From contig CAISDJ010000027.1 of NCBI GenBank assembly GCA_903884105.1, positions 604-64,603 on the forward strand: a stretch of DNA of 64,000 nucleotides, written 5' to 3'. This DNA is from an uncultured Pseudomonadota bacterium. Its GTDB lineage: Bacteria > Pseudomonadota > Gammaproteobacteria > Steroidobacterales > Steroidobacteraceae. The translations under genes were made by a program, and so were the position numbers. Below, piece by piece: positions 25,784 to 35,801 of the stretch (the stretch's first letter is position 1; each line of letters starts with the position of its first letter). Below the pieces are notes generated by a model. The model was not told the DNA's origin. It did not search any database and saw only the letters and a list, made by a program, of their open reading frames with translations.

Positions 25784-26401
25784 GTGTCGGGGGAGGGTCT
25801 AGTGCAGCTCTATCACGCAACGGCATCGCCGTTCGCGCGCAAGGTTCGCGTGCTTGTCCGGGAAAAGGGATTGCTGGATCGGGTCGAGGAGATCACCGTC
25901 AATCCATTAGCGGATCCGGCGGAGCTGCATTTCGTCAATCCACTCGGCAAGGTTCCTGCGCTGGTCCTCTCGGACGGTACGGCGCTGTTCGACAGCCCGG
26001 TCATCTGCGAGTACCTCGACACCATCAGCGGTTCCCCGCGATTCCTCCCCAAGGAGGGCGAAAAGCGTTGGCAGGTGCTGCGGATGCAGGCGCTGGCCGA
26101 CGGCATCATGGATTCCGGGGTCGCAATGATTTATGAGACTCGCCGGCCGGAGGCGCAGCGTTCGCCGGACTGGCAGCAGCGTCGGCAGAGCGGCATCCTG
26201 CGCTCCATTCGCAAGCTCGAGGATGAAGCCATTCAGCTGGCGGGTCCGGTCAACCTCGGCGGTATCGCCGTGGCCTGTGCCCTCGGATACCTCGACTTTC
26301 GGCTGCCTCATATCGACTGGCGCAAGGACCACGTGCATGTCGCCACGGCCTACGCAGCGCTGAGTGCCCTTCCGGGGATGCAGGCCACCTTGCCGAGTTG
26401 A
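25784..26401 (+). CDS. Glutathione S-transferase family protein
   Basis: N-terminal thioredoxin-like GST fold (LYHATASPFARKVRVLVREKGL...NPLGKVPALV...L.DS.VICEYLD) and a helical C-terminal domain. Confidence 0.8.
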   Translation: MSGEGLVQLYHATASPFARKVRVLVREKGLLDRVEEITVNPLADPAELHFVNPLGKVPALVLSDGTALFDSPVICEYLDTISGSPRFLPKEGEKRWQVLRMQALADGIMDSGVAMIYETRRPEAQRSPDWQQRRQSGILRSIRKLEDEAIQLAGPVNLGGIAVACALGYLDFRLPHIDWRKDHVHVATAYAALSALPGMQATLPS

Positions 26402-26521
26402 GTTTGCCGTCGCTGCGGGCTAGCGCCGCCGAGAATAGTCGGAGCAAGCAAACGGCTGCGGTCCGTCCCTGCCTCGCAGCCCGTCCGGATGACGCACCCA
26501 AGCTGTGGACAGTAGCTCTCG

Positions 26522-26549
26522 TTTCCACGGTTATGATGGCGCGTGGAAA
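26522..26549. promoter_or_regulatory. Inverted repeat TTTCCACG-N12-CGTGGAAA upstream of the VOC gene (candidate operator)
   Basis: Perfect 8-bp arms read directly from the sequence. The site ends about 35 nt upstream of the ATG at 26585, before the GAGGAGA SD. Confidence 0.3.
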
Positions 26550-26584
26550 ATCGCGGGCCGGCGTTTCGGTGAGGAGACAGGTAC

Positions 26585-27136
26585 ATGACAAGACCAGGGC
26601 TGAGTTTCAGTCACATGGGCTTCTTCGTGCATGACATCAAGCGCATGGAAGACTTCTATGCGCGCGTCCTGGAGTTCACGGTTACGGACCGGGGTCCATT
26701 GGCGGGGCCGAACGGAACGATGAATCTTGTCTTCCTGAGTCGTGACCCGGACGAACATCACCAGGTTGTCCTGATCAGCGGCCGGCCGGAGTCGCTGCCG
26801 TTCAATCCGATCAATCAGATCTCGTTCAAGGCGGATAGCCTCGCGACGTTGAAGGCCATGCACCGTCGCCTGCAGGAGGCCGGATCACGCGACATTATCC
26901 CGGTGACACATGGCAATGCAGTATCGGTATACGCACTCGATCCTGAGGGTAACCGGATTGAGCTTTATATCGACACCCCGTGGTATGTGGAGCAGCCGAT
27001 GCGCGTTCCCGTCGACCTCACGCTCGATGAGGCAACATTGATGGCGACCGTCGAGGCCCATGCGCGGACACTGCCCGGCTTCCGGCCCCGCGATGTCTGG
27101 CGTGCTGAGATGGCTCGGCGGATGGGAATCGGATAG
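26585..27136 (+). CDS. VOC-family (glyoxalase / extradiol dioxygenase fold) protein
   Basis: LSFSHMGFFVHDIKRMEDFY...FTVTD, HHQVVL, and GNRIELY beta-alpha-beta-beta-beta modules. Confidence 0.72.
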   Translation: MTRPGLSFSHMGFFVHDIKRMEDFYARVLEFTVTDRGPLAGPNGTMNLVFLSRDPDEHHQVVLISGRPESLPFNPINQISFKADSLATLKAMHRRLQEAGSRDIIPVTHGNAVSVYALDPEGNRIELYIDTPWYVEQPMRVPVDLTLDEATLMATVEAHARTLPGFRPRDVWRAEMARRMGIG

Positions 27137-27149
27137 CGGCCCAGCCGCA

Positions 27150-28469
27150 TCAGGGAACGACCAGTCCCCTGCAGTCACCGAAGCCGATGGAGACGAAACC
27201 CTCTCTGGCAGCGCGCGCCCGGAGGATGACCTCATCGCCGTCCTCGAGAAAAGTCCGTTTCTCGGTGGTGGGCAGCGTCAGCGGCTTGCGCCCTCCTTCG
27301 GTGATTTCAAGCAGGCTGCCGAGACTGTCGCGTGTCGGCCCGGAAATCGTACCCGTGCCGAGCAAATCCCCTGGCTGCAGGTTGCAGCCATTGCTCGCAT
27401 GGTGCGCGACCAGTTGCGCTGTCGTCCAGTAGAGGTGTCGCACGTTGCTTGCGGAGATCCGTTGCGGCTCGATGCCTTGCCGGCGCATCGCCTCGCTGGA
27501 CAACAAGACTTCAAGCGCCACATCGTAGGCACCCCTGGCCTGGTCGGACTCGTTCCACAGGTAAGCGAGCGGATGCGGGTCTCCTGCAGCACGGGGTGTC
27601 TGAGCGATCCGGAAGGGCGCGAGCGCTTCAGGCGTGATGACCCACGGCGAGACGGTAGACATGAAATTCTTGGCGAGGAAAGGTCCGAGCGGCTGGTACT
27701 CCCAGGGCTGGATGTCCCGCGCCGACCAGTCATTGAGCAGGCAGAATCCGGCAATGTGATCCTGCGCTTCGTCAATCGAGATCGGGGTGCCGAGCGGATT
27801 GCCCCGGCCGATCCAGATACCCATCTCGAGTTCAATGTCGAGTCGCTTGCTCGGTCCGAATGTCGGACTTTCCTCGTCAGCCGCTTTGCTCTGGCCCGCG
27901 GGACGCTTCAGCTGCGTACCTGACGGGCGAATCGACGATGCGCGACCGTGATACCCGATCGGCACATGCTTGTAGTTCGGGAGCAGCGGATTATCCGGAC
28001 GGAACAGGCGGCCGACATTCACCGCGTGATGAATGCCGGCATAGAAATCCGTGTAGTCGCCGATGGAGGCGGGCAGCAGCAGGTTGCAGTCCGGTGAGCT
28101 GTGGAGCAGGCGCCCCCCCATTTCGCGTGCGCGGCCAACCTGTTCGCCATCCACTTGAAGCAGTGCCGAGACCTGCTCTCGAAGCGCGCGACGAGGAGCC
28201 GCTCCGAGCGCGAACAGGGGATTCAGCGTAGGACCGATTGCCGCCCGCGCAGCGTCCGCAGCCAAACCGTAGAGCAGGCCGCCAGAAAGGGCTACGCCAA
28301 GATCGAGAATGCGATCGCCGATGGCGATGCCGCCTCGCGGCGCCCCACCGACGCTGGGCGCGAAGACGCCAAGTGGCAGGTTCTGGATCGGAAAGTCTGG
28401 ATGGCCGTTCGCAGACTCCACCCAGCTCCGTAGCGCCGTTTCATGGGTCTTGTCCGTTGCGCCGCTCAT
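27150..28469 (-). CDS. fahA: Fumarylacetoacetase
   Basis: N-terminal [12 protein letters not shown] motif. Length 439 aa. Overlaps the stop of upstream hmgA (operon). Confidence 0.9.
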   Translation of the reverse strand: MSGATDKTHETALRSWVESANGHPDFPIQNLPLGVFAPSVGGAPRGGIAIGDRILDLGVALSGGLLYGLAADAARAAIGPTLNPLFALGAAPRRALREQVSALLQVDGEQVGRAREMGGRLLHSSPDCNLLLPASIGDYTDFYAGIHHAVNVGRLFRPDNPLLPNYKHVPIGYHGRASSIRPSGTQLKRPAGQSKAADEESPTFGPSKRLDIELEMGIWIGRGNPLGTPISIDEAQDHIAGFCLLNDWSARDIQPWEYQPLGPFLAKNFMSTVSPWVITPEALAPFRIAQTPRAAGDPHPLAYLWNESDQARGAYDVALEVLLSSEAMRRQGIEPQRISASNVRHLYWTTAQLVAHHASNGCNLQPGDLLGTGTISGPTRDSLGSLLEITEGGRKPLTLPTTEKRTFLEDGDEVILRARAAREGFVSIGFGDCRGLVVP

Positions 28470-29776
28470 TTGAAAGTCTTCACGAGATCGTCCCAGCAGG
28501 CGTCATAGTCCGGCTGCAGTTGGGGAGCATCCATCGCAAAGCCGGTCGGGCGGATCACGCGACTGGTTTCAAACATGAACGCCAGCGTATCGACGATCTT
28601 GTGCGGCTTGAGATCGGCAGCCATGGCCCTGACCGTGGTTTTCGCGTCCGGTCCATGCGCGCTCATGCGATTGTGCAATGACGCTCCGCCGGGCTCGAAC
28701 CCTCCCGACTTTGCGTCGTATTCCCCGTGCACCAGCCCCATGTATTCGCTCATGACATTGCGGTGGAACCAGGGTGGACGGAAGGTTTCCTCGCCGACCA
28801 TCCAGCGAGGCGGGAAGATCACGAAGTCGATATTCGCGACGCCGGCCGCCGTTGTCGGCGAAGTGAGTACCGTGAAGATGGACGGGTCCGGGTGATCAAA
28901 GCTGATGCTACCCATCGTGTTGAATCTCGCGAGGTCGTACTTGTAGGGTACCGAGTTGCCATGCCACGCCACCACATCGAGGGGCGAGTGGTCCAGGTCC
29001 GTGGCCCACAGGTTCCCGAGGAACTTCTGTACCAGTTGCAGCTGTTCCTCCCGATCCTCGAACCACGCGACCGGCGTCAGAAAGTCGCGCGCGTTCGCAA
29101 GGCCGTTCGAGCCGATCGGCCCGAGGTCGGGAAGGCGGAATGGGGCATCGTGGTTTTCGCACACATAGCCGCGCGCCTCGCTGGCCAGCAGCTCCACCCT
29201 GAACTTCATGCCCCGCGGTACGACCGCAATCTCGCCGGGAACGACCTCCAGCAGGCCGCATTCGGTCGCAAGCCGTAAGCCGCCTTGCTGGGGCACCAGC
29301 AGCAGTTCGCCATCCGCATTGAAGAATACGCGTTCCATCGATCGATTCGCGCAGTACAGATGAATCGTTGCTCCCGATGCGGCCTCAGCTGAGTCGGTCG
29401 CGGCGACCGTGACGAGTCCGCTGAGAAAGTCCGTTGGCGTCTCGGGAAGCGGCAGGGGACTCCAGCGCAGCCGGTTGGGCGTGGGCGGTGCGAGAGGGCC
29501 CTGCACAGTGCCATTGCCGATGCGGCGAAACGGCCCATGTGCTGCCGACGGCCGGATACGGTACAGCCAGGCGCGGCGTGCATCCTTGCGCGGGACCGTG
29601 AAGGCTGTTGTTGAAAACTGCTCCGCATACAGCCCGCGGGGCGGACGCTGCGGTGAGTTGCGACCCGAAGGCAACGCACCCGCAACGGCCTCGGTCGCGA
29701 ACTCATTGCCGAAACCGGACAGGTAGCGGCAGGGTTCCCGGGTCGCAGTGCCGGCAGGATCTGAGGTCTTGTCCAT
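28466..29776 (-). CDS. hmgA: Homogentisate 1,2-dioxygenase
   Basis: [13 protein letters not shown]...[19 protein letters not shown], and HG(P/T) motifs. The ATG at 29776 gives 436 aa. The 100-aa upstream extension is spurious. Confidence 0.92.
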   Translation of the reverse strand: MDKTSDPAGTATREPCRYLSGFGNEFATEAVAGALPSGRNSPQRPPRGLYAEQFSTTAFTVPRKDARRAWLYRIRPSAAHGPFRRIGNGTVQGPLAPPTPNRLRWSPLPLPETPTDFLSGLVTVAATDSAEAASGATIHLYCANRSMERVFFNADGELLLVPQQGGLRLATECGLLEVVPGEIAVVPRGMKFRVELLASEARGYVCENHDAPFRLPDLGPIGSNGLANARDFLTPVAWFEDREEQLQLVQKFLGNLWATDLDHSPLDVVAWHGNSVPYKYDLARFNTMGSISFDHPDPSIFTVLTSPTTAAGVANIDFVIFPPRWMVGEETFRPPWFHRNVMSEYMGLVHGEYDAKSGGFEPGGASLHNRMSAHGPDAKTTVRAMAADLKPHKIVDTLAFMFETSRVIRPTGFAMDAPQLQPDYDACWDDLVKTFK

Positions 29777-29957
29777 CGTGTCTTGCCCCCGTGCGGCTTC
29801 ACTGTCGCGCTGCTGCAGGCATGGCGCGGAAAATCGTGCGGCTCTGGCGGGCATTCTAGCGGCAATCGGCGGGCGCGCGCACCCGCATCGTGCGATCGAT
29901 TGCAGAGGGAACGTCTTTCGTGATAGTTGTACGCGCAACCAGATTGAGGAGTCGTTC

Positions 29958-31628
29958 ATGGGTCCCGACCCGCAAACCGGCGCGCCACCCTTGCCCGTGC
30001 TGATCGTCGGCGGCGGGCCCGTCGGCCTGACGCTCGGCGCCTTGCTGGCGCGCCACGGCATTGCCTCGCACATCATCGAGGCGGACGAGGCCTATTGCCA
30101 GGGGAGCCGCGCGATCTGCATATCACGGCGCTCGCAGGAAGTGCTTGCCTGGGTGGGCGCTGACCGTCCTCTCAACGCCAAGGGGTTGCCGTGGACCGGC
30201 GGGCGCAGCTACTTCCGCAACCAGGAGGTACTCCATTTCAGGATGCCGACGGAGCCTACCGAGCGGTTCGCCCCCATGGTCAACATCCAGCAGTACTTCG
30301 TCGAAGAGTACGCCCATCAGGCGCAGGACCGCTTTCCGGGGAAGTGTTCAGTCAGTTGGTCGACGCGGGCTGTGGCAACGCGACCCACGGCCGACGGAGT
30401 CGAGGTTGACGTGGAGGCGGCGGGCGGCCATCGCGAAACGCTCCGTGCCCAATGGGTTGTGGCCTGCGACGGCGCGCGCAGTGCAGTGCGCGATCATCTC
30501 GGGCTCTCTCTCGAGGGCACGCAGTACGAGGGCAGGTACGTCATAGTGGACATCGAGCAGGAATCCAGTCGTGCTGTCGAGCGCCTTGCATGGTTTGACC
30601 CGCCGTCGAACCCGGGGTCGACCGTGCTGATGCATCGCCAGCCCGACAACGTCTGGCGCGTCGATTACCAGATTCGCGATGGCGAGGATCCCGCCGAGGC
30701 GGTGCGGCCCGAGCTGGTGCTGCCGAGAGTACAAAGCCATCTCGACATGATCGGTGAGACGGCGCCCTGGAAGCCCCTTTGGATCTCAGCGTACGGCGCC
30801 AAATGCCTGAGCTTGCGCAGCTATCGCCACGGCCGCGTCCTGTTTGCCGGGGATGCGGCGCACCTCGTCCCGATATTCGGTGTCCGGGGACTGAACTCCG
30901 GCCTCGACGATGTCGGAAACCTTGCATGGAAGCTGGCGCTCGTGATTGGCGGGGCATCCCGCGACGATCTGCTCGATACGTACTCAACCGAACGGCTGTA
31001 TGCGACGGAGGAGAACATCGCCTACGCGGCAAAGAGCACGGAGTTCATGGCCCCGCCGAACTTTGCGTTCGAGTTGATGCGCCAAGCGACCTTGCGGCTT
31101 GCGTCCGTCGACCCCCGGGTACGGTCGTTGATCAACCCCCGGCAGTCATCCCAATGCAGTTACCCCGCCGCGATGCTGGGGGCGGGTCTGCCAGGCGGTG
31201 ATCGCAGCGCCTCCCCTCGACCCGGCGATCCAGCACCCGAGGCTCGAGTCCGGACGACTGACGAACGCACTCATCTCACCCAATACTTCGGGGGCGGATT
31301 CATAGCGCTGTATTTCACCGATGACAGGCCTGTTCCCGATTCGATCGCACTGCGCGCGTCGGCCTCTACGCAAGACGTCGCCACGATGACCGTCGTACGG
31401 ATCGCGAGGAAGGGGATTCCGGATGCGACGACAGTGGTGGATTTCATCGGAGAAGCGTGGCAGCGCTACGGAGCACACGAAGGCACCCTCTGCCTTATCC
31501 GTCCCGATGGCTATGTGCTCGCCTGCTGGGATCAGCCGGACTGGCAAGCGCTCTCGTCGGTGCTGCGAAGAATTCTCACGGGACAGGCATTGCCACAGCC
31601 GCGATTGCTGGTCGGAGGCGACGCATGA
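29958..31628 (+). CDS. FAD-dependent aromatic-ring monooxygenase (MhpA/PheA-class, about 556 aa)
   Basis: [22 protein letters not shown] (GxGxxG), [10 protein letters not shown], and [27 protein letters not shown] (DG and GD motifs of class A flavoprotein hydroxylases). Confidence 0.85.
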   Translation: MGPDPQTGAPPLPVLIVGGGPVGLTLGALLARHGIASHIIEADEAYCQGSRAICISRRSQEVLAWVGADRPLNAKGLPWTGGRSYFRNQEVLHFRMPTEPTERFAPMVNIQQYFVEEYAHQAQDRFPGKCSVSWSTRAVATRPTADGVEVDVEAAGGHRETLRAQWVVACDGARSAVRDHLGLSLEGTQYEGRYVIVDIEQESSRAVERLAWFDPPSNPGSTVLMHRQPDNVWRVDYQIRDGEDPAEAVRPELVLPRVQSHLDMIGETAPWKPLWISAYGAKCLSLRSYRHGRVLFAGDAAHLVPIFGVRGLNSGLDDVGNLAWKLALVIGGASRDDLLDTYSTERLYATEENIAYAAKSTEFMAPPNFAFELMRQATLRLASVDPRVRSLINPRQSSQCSYPAAMLGAGLPGGDRSASPRPGDPAPEARVRTTDERTHLTQYFGGGFIALYFTDDRPVPDSIALRASASTQDVATMTVVRIARKGIPDATTVVDFIGEAWQRYGAHEGTLCLIRPDGYVLACWDQPDWQALSSVLRRILTGQALPQPRLLVGGDA

Positions 31629-31804
31629 AAGAACAGGATCTGGATCACTGCTATACAGTGCTGAGCGATGCCCTCGCAGCAGTCGGCGGGGAAAAGGCTT
31701 CGCTGCTGCTGGCAACCTTAAGTCTTTCATTGATCGTGAGGGAAACCGATGCGAAGATCGTGCTCGACCTGATCGCGCAGGCCGGGGAGCTGGCGCGAAC
31801 CTGA
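31625..31804 (+). CDS. Small (59 aa) DUF2783-like protein, translationally coupled to the monooxygenase
   Basis: ATGA overlap at 31625-31628. Sequence [38 protein letters not shown]... The family assignment is from memory of similar small partner genes. Confidence 0.55.
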   Translation: MKEQDLDHCYTVLSDALAAVGGEKASLLLATLSLSLIVRETDAKIVLDLIAQAGELART

Positions 31805-31836
31805 GGTGACCGCGATCCCTGTCGTTTCAAGGTTGA

Positions 31837-32322
31837 TTGCCCATGAAGCCTTCCGCAGCGCGGCCCAGTCCGCTTGACCGTACGCTCACCTACCGGCTGC
31901 ACCTGTTGCACAAAGTTACCGATAGCCTGAGCAGCGAAGCGTATTTGACGGACGGGGGATTGCCGATCGGCGAAGGCCGGTGCCTGGCTGTCATCGGGAC
32001 ATTTACACCGTTGTCCGTAGTCGATCTTGCGCAGCGCGCGAACCTTCACAAGGGTCAGGCAAGTCGAGCCGCACAGGCACTCGTGAGCCGCGGTCTGGTG
32101 CGGAAGGCTATCAATGCAACAGACAGCCGCGGCGTCGTCCTCACGCTGACGCGGAAGGGGCAGGGCGTCTGGAAGCGCGTCATGGACCTGGTGGAGCGGC
32201 GGAACGAAGAGATCTTTGGCTGCTTGAGCGCCGCAGAGCGCAACCAGCTCAGCGGGCTGCTCGATCGTCTGCTCGAGAGAGCCAGGCACGATGCCGTGAT
32301 TGCGAGCGGGGCTGACGAGTAG
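31837..32322 (+). CDS. MarR-family transcriptional regulator
   Basis: Winged-helix region LSVVDLAQRANLHKGQASRAAQALVSRGLVRKAINATDSRGVVLTLTRKG. Confidence 0.8.
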   Translation: MPMKPSAARPSPLDRTLTYRLHLLHKVTDSLSSEAYLTDGGLPIGEGRCLAVIGTFTPLSVVDLAQRANLHKGQASRAAQALVSRGLVRKAINATDSRGVVLTLTRKGQGVWKRVMDLVERRNEEIFGCLSAAERNQLSGLLDRLLERARHDAVIASGADE

Positions 32323-32339
32323 CCCCTCGCTGCACCCGC

Positions 32340-33023
32340 CTAGAGATCGCAGTCCGGTTGTGCCTCGGGGGCCGCAGCCGCAAAGGGCGGCAGCGATTCC
32401 AGGTGGTGACTGATGGCCACCAGCGTTGGAAACGGGGACAGGTCAACCTGTTGCCGGCGGGCGTTGTACATCTGCGGTACGAGGCACAGATCCGCGATGC
32501 TCACGCTGTCACCCAGCAGGTAACGACGTCCGCTGCTCGCAGCAATGGCGCGCGATTCGAGTGCCTTGAATCCGACCTGGATCCAGTGGCGGCTCCATGC
32601 AGAAATCGCCTCCTGATCGTGGCCCAGCGCTGACTTCAGGTATCGGGTGACCCGCAGGTTGGTGGGTCCATGAATCTCACAGGCGATGGACAATGCGAGC
32701 GCCCGTACCTGCGCGCGGGCTGCAGGCTGGGTTGGCAGCAGCCGAGGTTCCGGGAACAACTCATCCAGGTACTCGATGATTGCCAGCGACTGGGTGAGGA
32801 TGATCTCGCCGTGCTGCAGGACAGGCAGTAACCCTTCCGGATTCAGGGACAGATAGTCGGGTGCAAGATGCTCGTCGTACCGCAGGTGCCGGTAAACAGC
32901 TTCGTATTCGAGGCCTTTGAGGTTGAGCGCAATCCGCACGCGATACGACGCCGAACTGCGGAAGTACGTGAACAGCCTGAGGACCGCCGGCTCGGCCGGT
33001 CCGGATGCATCTTCTTTTCTCAC
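32340..33023 (-). CDS. maiA: Maleylacetoacetate isomerase (zeta-class GST)
   Basis: LRLFTYFRSSASYRVRIALNLKGLEYE... is the zeta-GST signature. The start is uncertain: GTG at 33023 is the nearest in-frame start upstream of the conserved N-terminus. Confidence 0.8.
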   Translation of the reverse strand: MRKEDASGPAEPAVLRLFTYFRSSASYRVRIALNLKGLEYEAVYRHLRYDEHLAPDYLSLNPEGLLPVLQHGEIILTQSLAIIEYLDELFPEPRLLPTQPAARAQVRALALSIACEIHGPTNLRVTRYLKSALGHDQEAISAWSRHWIQVGFKALESRAIAASSGRRYLLGDSVSIADLCLVPQMYNARRQQVDLSPFPTLVAISHHLESLPPFAAAAPEAQPDCDL

Positions 33024-33172
33024 TGCTTTCCGCCACTCAAGGTGATTGTGGCCTTGCGCGGGCCATACTAGACTCGGGATGGTTTCCTCCGCAACCAAGT
33101 GGGCTCGATCGCCGGAGCGGGTTTCCGCCTGCCCCGTGGGCGCTGTCAAGCTCCAGTATAAGTACGCAAGCC

Positions 33173-34504
33173 ATGGGGGTCGCCTTGGACAAGACCGCGC
33201 CGACGATCGGGGATGAAGCTGTCGGTGACGGAGCAAGCACAGCATACCGCTGGTATGTCGTCACTGTTCTGCTGCTCGTCTACTCCCTCAATTTTCTCGA
33301 CCGCTCGGTCATCAACATCCTCGGCGAACAGATCAAGAGGGACCTCTCGATCTCGGATACCCAGCTCGGATTGCTGACCGGCACGTCGTTCGCGCTGTTC
33401 TACTCGCTGCTTGGCCTGCCCATCTCGCGTCTCGCCGACAAGGTCAACCGCGTCCGCCTGGTTGCCGTCGCACTGACGCTGTGGAGCGGGTTGACGGCGG
33501 CATCCGGTCTGGCCGCAAGCTATGTCCAGCTGTTCCTGGTGCGCATGGGCGTCGGGATCGGTGAGGCGGGAGGCACGCCGCCTTCGCAATCCGTGATCGC
33601 CGACTATTTCCCGCATGCGACGCGGGGCACCGCCATTGCGCTGTTCAATACCGGCGTACCGCTCGGCACCTTTCTCGGTTTCCTGGTAGGCGGCTATGTC
33701 AGCCAGGCCGCGGGCTGGCGCGTGGCATTCTTTGTGGCCGGCATTCCTGGACTGCTGGTCGCCGCACTGCTGTGGTTGACGATCCGGGAGCCGGTACGGG
33801 GTGCGGTTGATGGTCTTGCCAAGGCAGCAGAGCGCGTGCCGCCGCTCGGGGAGACCTTGAGGCGCCTCTTCGGACGGCCGTCCTATTTCAAGGTGGTCTG
33901 CGGCTCGGCGTGCAGCATCGGCATCACGTTCATCGGCGGGGCCTGGTTGCCTTCGCTCTTCATCAGGCTGCATGGATTCTCGCCGGCAGAGGTGGGCGGA
34001 TGGATGGCGCTGTTTACCGGCATTGGAGGTGCGATAGGCTCCTTTGGCGGTGGCGCACTGGCTGACTACCTCAAGCGCTGGTGGCCCCGAGCCGAAATCT
34101 TCGTTCCCGCGATTGCCAATGCCCTCGCTTTTCCCGCCTTCCTGCTTGCAGCACTGGCGCACGATCGGACCCTCGCGCTCATCGGTTTGGCGGGCGTGTT
34201 CTCGCTGGGCTACGTCTGGATCGGCCCCAACTCGGCCATGATCCATCGGGTCGTGCCGGTCCGTTCGCGCGCACTGGCTATTGGCTTCATGCTGTTCTTC
34301 TCCAACATCACGGCGTTGGCGCTCGGGCCGCTGCTGGTGGGTATGCTGAGCGACTTGCTGGCTGCAGACTACGGAAAGGAATCGTTGCGGTATGCGCTGG
34401 TCGCCGCCTCGTTCATCTGCATCGCCGGCACGGGATTCTACCTGTGGGCCGGACGTCACTATCTCCGCGATGCCGAGATCAACGCCGATCCCAGTGCCCA
34501 GTAA
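33173..34504 (+). CDS. MFS transporter
   Basis: 12 TM helices. LNFLDRSVINILG and GLPISRLADKVNR (MFS signature loop 2-3). Confidence 0.85.
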   Translation: MGVALDKTAPTIGDEAVGDGASTAYRWYVVTVLLLVYSLNFLDRSVINILGEQIKRDLSISDTQLGLLTGTSFALFYSLLGLPISRLADKVNRVRLVAVALTLWSGLTAASGLAASYVQLFLVRMGVGIGEAGGTPPSQSVIADYFPHATRGTAIALFNTGVPLGTFLGFLVGGYVSQAAGWRVAFFVAGIPGLLVAALLWLTIREPVRGAVDGLAKAAERVPPLGETLRRLFGRPSYFKVVCGSACSIGITFIGGAWLPSLFIRLHGFSPAEVGGWMALFTGIGGAIGSFGGGALADYLKRWWPRAEIFVPAIANALAFPAFLLAALAHDRTLALIGLAGVFSLGYVWIGPNSAMIHRVVPVRSRALAIGFMLFFSNITALALGPLLVGMLSDLLAADYGKESLRYALVAASFICIAGTGFYLWAGRHYLRDAEINADPSAQ

Positions 34505-34629
34505 GGATTTGTAGACGAACCGCAGCCCCGCCGGCTGCAACGGAACGCAAAGCAAAGCCCAGGGTAGCGTGCTGGATCGCCACACTGCAGTGGCGACGTT
34601 CCCCCGGTTCACGTAGTCGCGCCTGGGCG

Positions 34630-35793
34630 TCAGCCGACAAGCGCGGACAAGGTGGCTGGGGGTACCAGGTGCCGGACCGACGCGGGGGCAACGCTCCAGT
34701 GGTCATCCCAGCGGAGTGGCTGTGGCAGGTGCAACGACAGGGAGCGGGATGAGTGCCCCCTGGCCATGGTGAAGCCGGTGCCGTCACGTTGCGAGGCAAA
34801 CAGTTCGCCGTCTCGACCGGCTGCGACGCCGTAGACCTCGGCCGCGGCAACGAAATCAACGAACTCACCTGAATCAGCAGACCAGCGCGCGATACCCGCA
34901 CCTTGCGGACAGGCCGCTGCGATCAGGCCGAGCGGTTCGCTGGCTGCAATACTCGCCACGTAGCCACGCAACTGCTTGCTCGCGCTCTCGGGTACTGGCA
35001 GCAGCCGGAGTTCGCCCCCAAGGCGGTACAGCGCCACCACGGACGGAGCGGCAAGGGGCTCGCCCTCGAATTGCAGGCCGACGGCCACGCTTCCGTTCTG
35101 CATCACTGCCAGGTGCCGAATGCTCAAGAGGTGATCCGGGAGCCGCAGCTGTTCCAGGCAACGACCCGAAGCCACGTCAATGACGACGAGTGACGGGTCC
35201 ATTGTCGGGATGTTCAGTTTCTCCCTGAAGGTGCGCGGGTGCGTCAGGATGCCGCCGTTCGCGACGATGAGCGTCTTGCCGTCCGGCAGCCAGGCGATCT
35301 CATGCGGGTCGATGCCTCGCGTTTCGAGTTCGCCGATCACGCGAAAGTCGCGGGCATCGCGAATGCCGATCATGCCCCTGGGCGTATCGAAGTCGTGTTC
35401 TGCGGTGAACACTACGGAGCCGTCACTTGAGAACACGCCATGTCCGGCCAGATGCCGGCCTTTGGGCGTGGAAAAGGCGTTGCGGACTTCCAGCGTCTCA
35501 AGGTTGAGTTCAAAAGCGTCTGTCCCCGGACGGCGCGCGAAGAACAGCACGCGTTGCGGACGAGTGGGGTCGATGGCGTTGCCATGGACACGTGCCGGCA
35601 CCTTGTGTCCGAATGCGTAGCCGTCGGGAAGCACAAGGCCGCCGACATACTGGTTGCCGGGCAGATCCTCGAATCCGGAGAGCAGCACGCCGTCATGCGT
35701 GGCTGCCGGCCAGTTGCGCGAGAGCCAGAACCCAGCACCCGCCGCTGTTGCCAGCGTGGCTCCGCCGATGAATTGCCGTCGCGTGATGGCCAC
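34630..35793 (-). CDS. DUF1513 domain protein with Tat signal
   Basis: MAITRRQFIGGATLATAAGAGFW twin-arginine leader and beta-propeller-like repeats. It occupies the usual position at the end of imelysin / di-haem clusters. Confidence 0.78.
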   Translation of the reverse strand: MAITRRQFIGGATLATAAGAGFWLSRNWPAATHDGVLLSGFEDLPGNQYVGGLVLPDGYAFGHKVPARVHGNAIDPTRPQRVLFFARRPGTDAFELNLETLEVRNAFSTPKGRHLAGHGVFSSDGSVVFTAEHDFDTPRGMIGIRDARDFRVIGELETRGIDPHEIAWLPDGKTLIVANGGILTHPRTFREKLNIPTMDPSLVVIDVASGRCLEQLRLPDHLLSIRHLAVMQNGSVAVGLQFEGEPLAAPSVVALYRLGGELRLLPVPESASKQLRGYVASIAASEPLGLIAAACPQGAGIARWSADSGEFVDFVAAAEVYGVAAGRDGELFASQRDGTGFTMARGHSSRSLSLHLPQPLRWDDHWSVAPASVRHLVPPATLSALVG

Positions 35794-35801
35794 GGGGTGT
35801 C

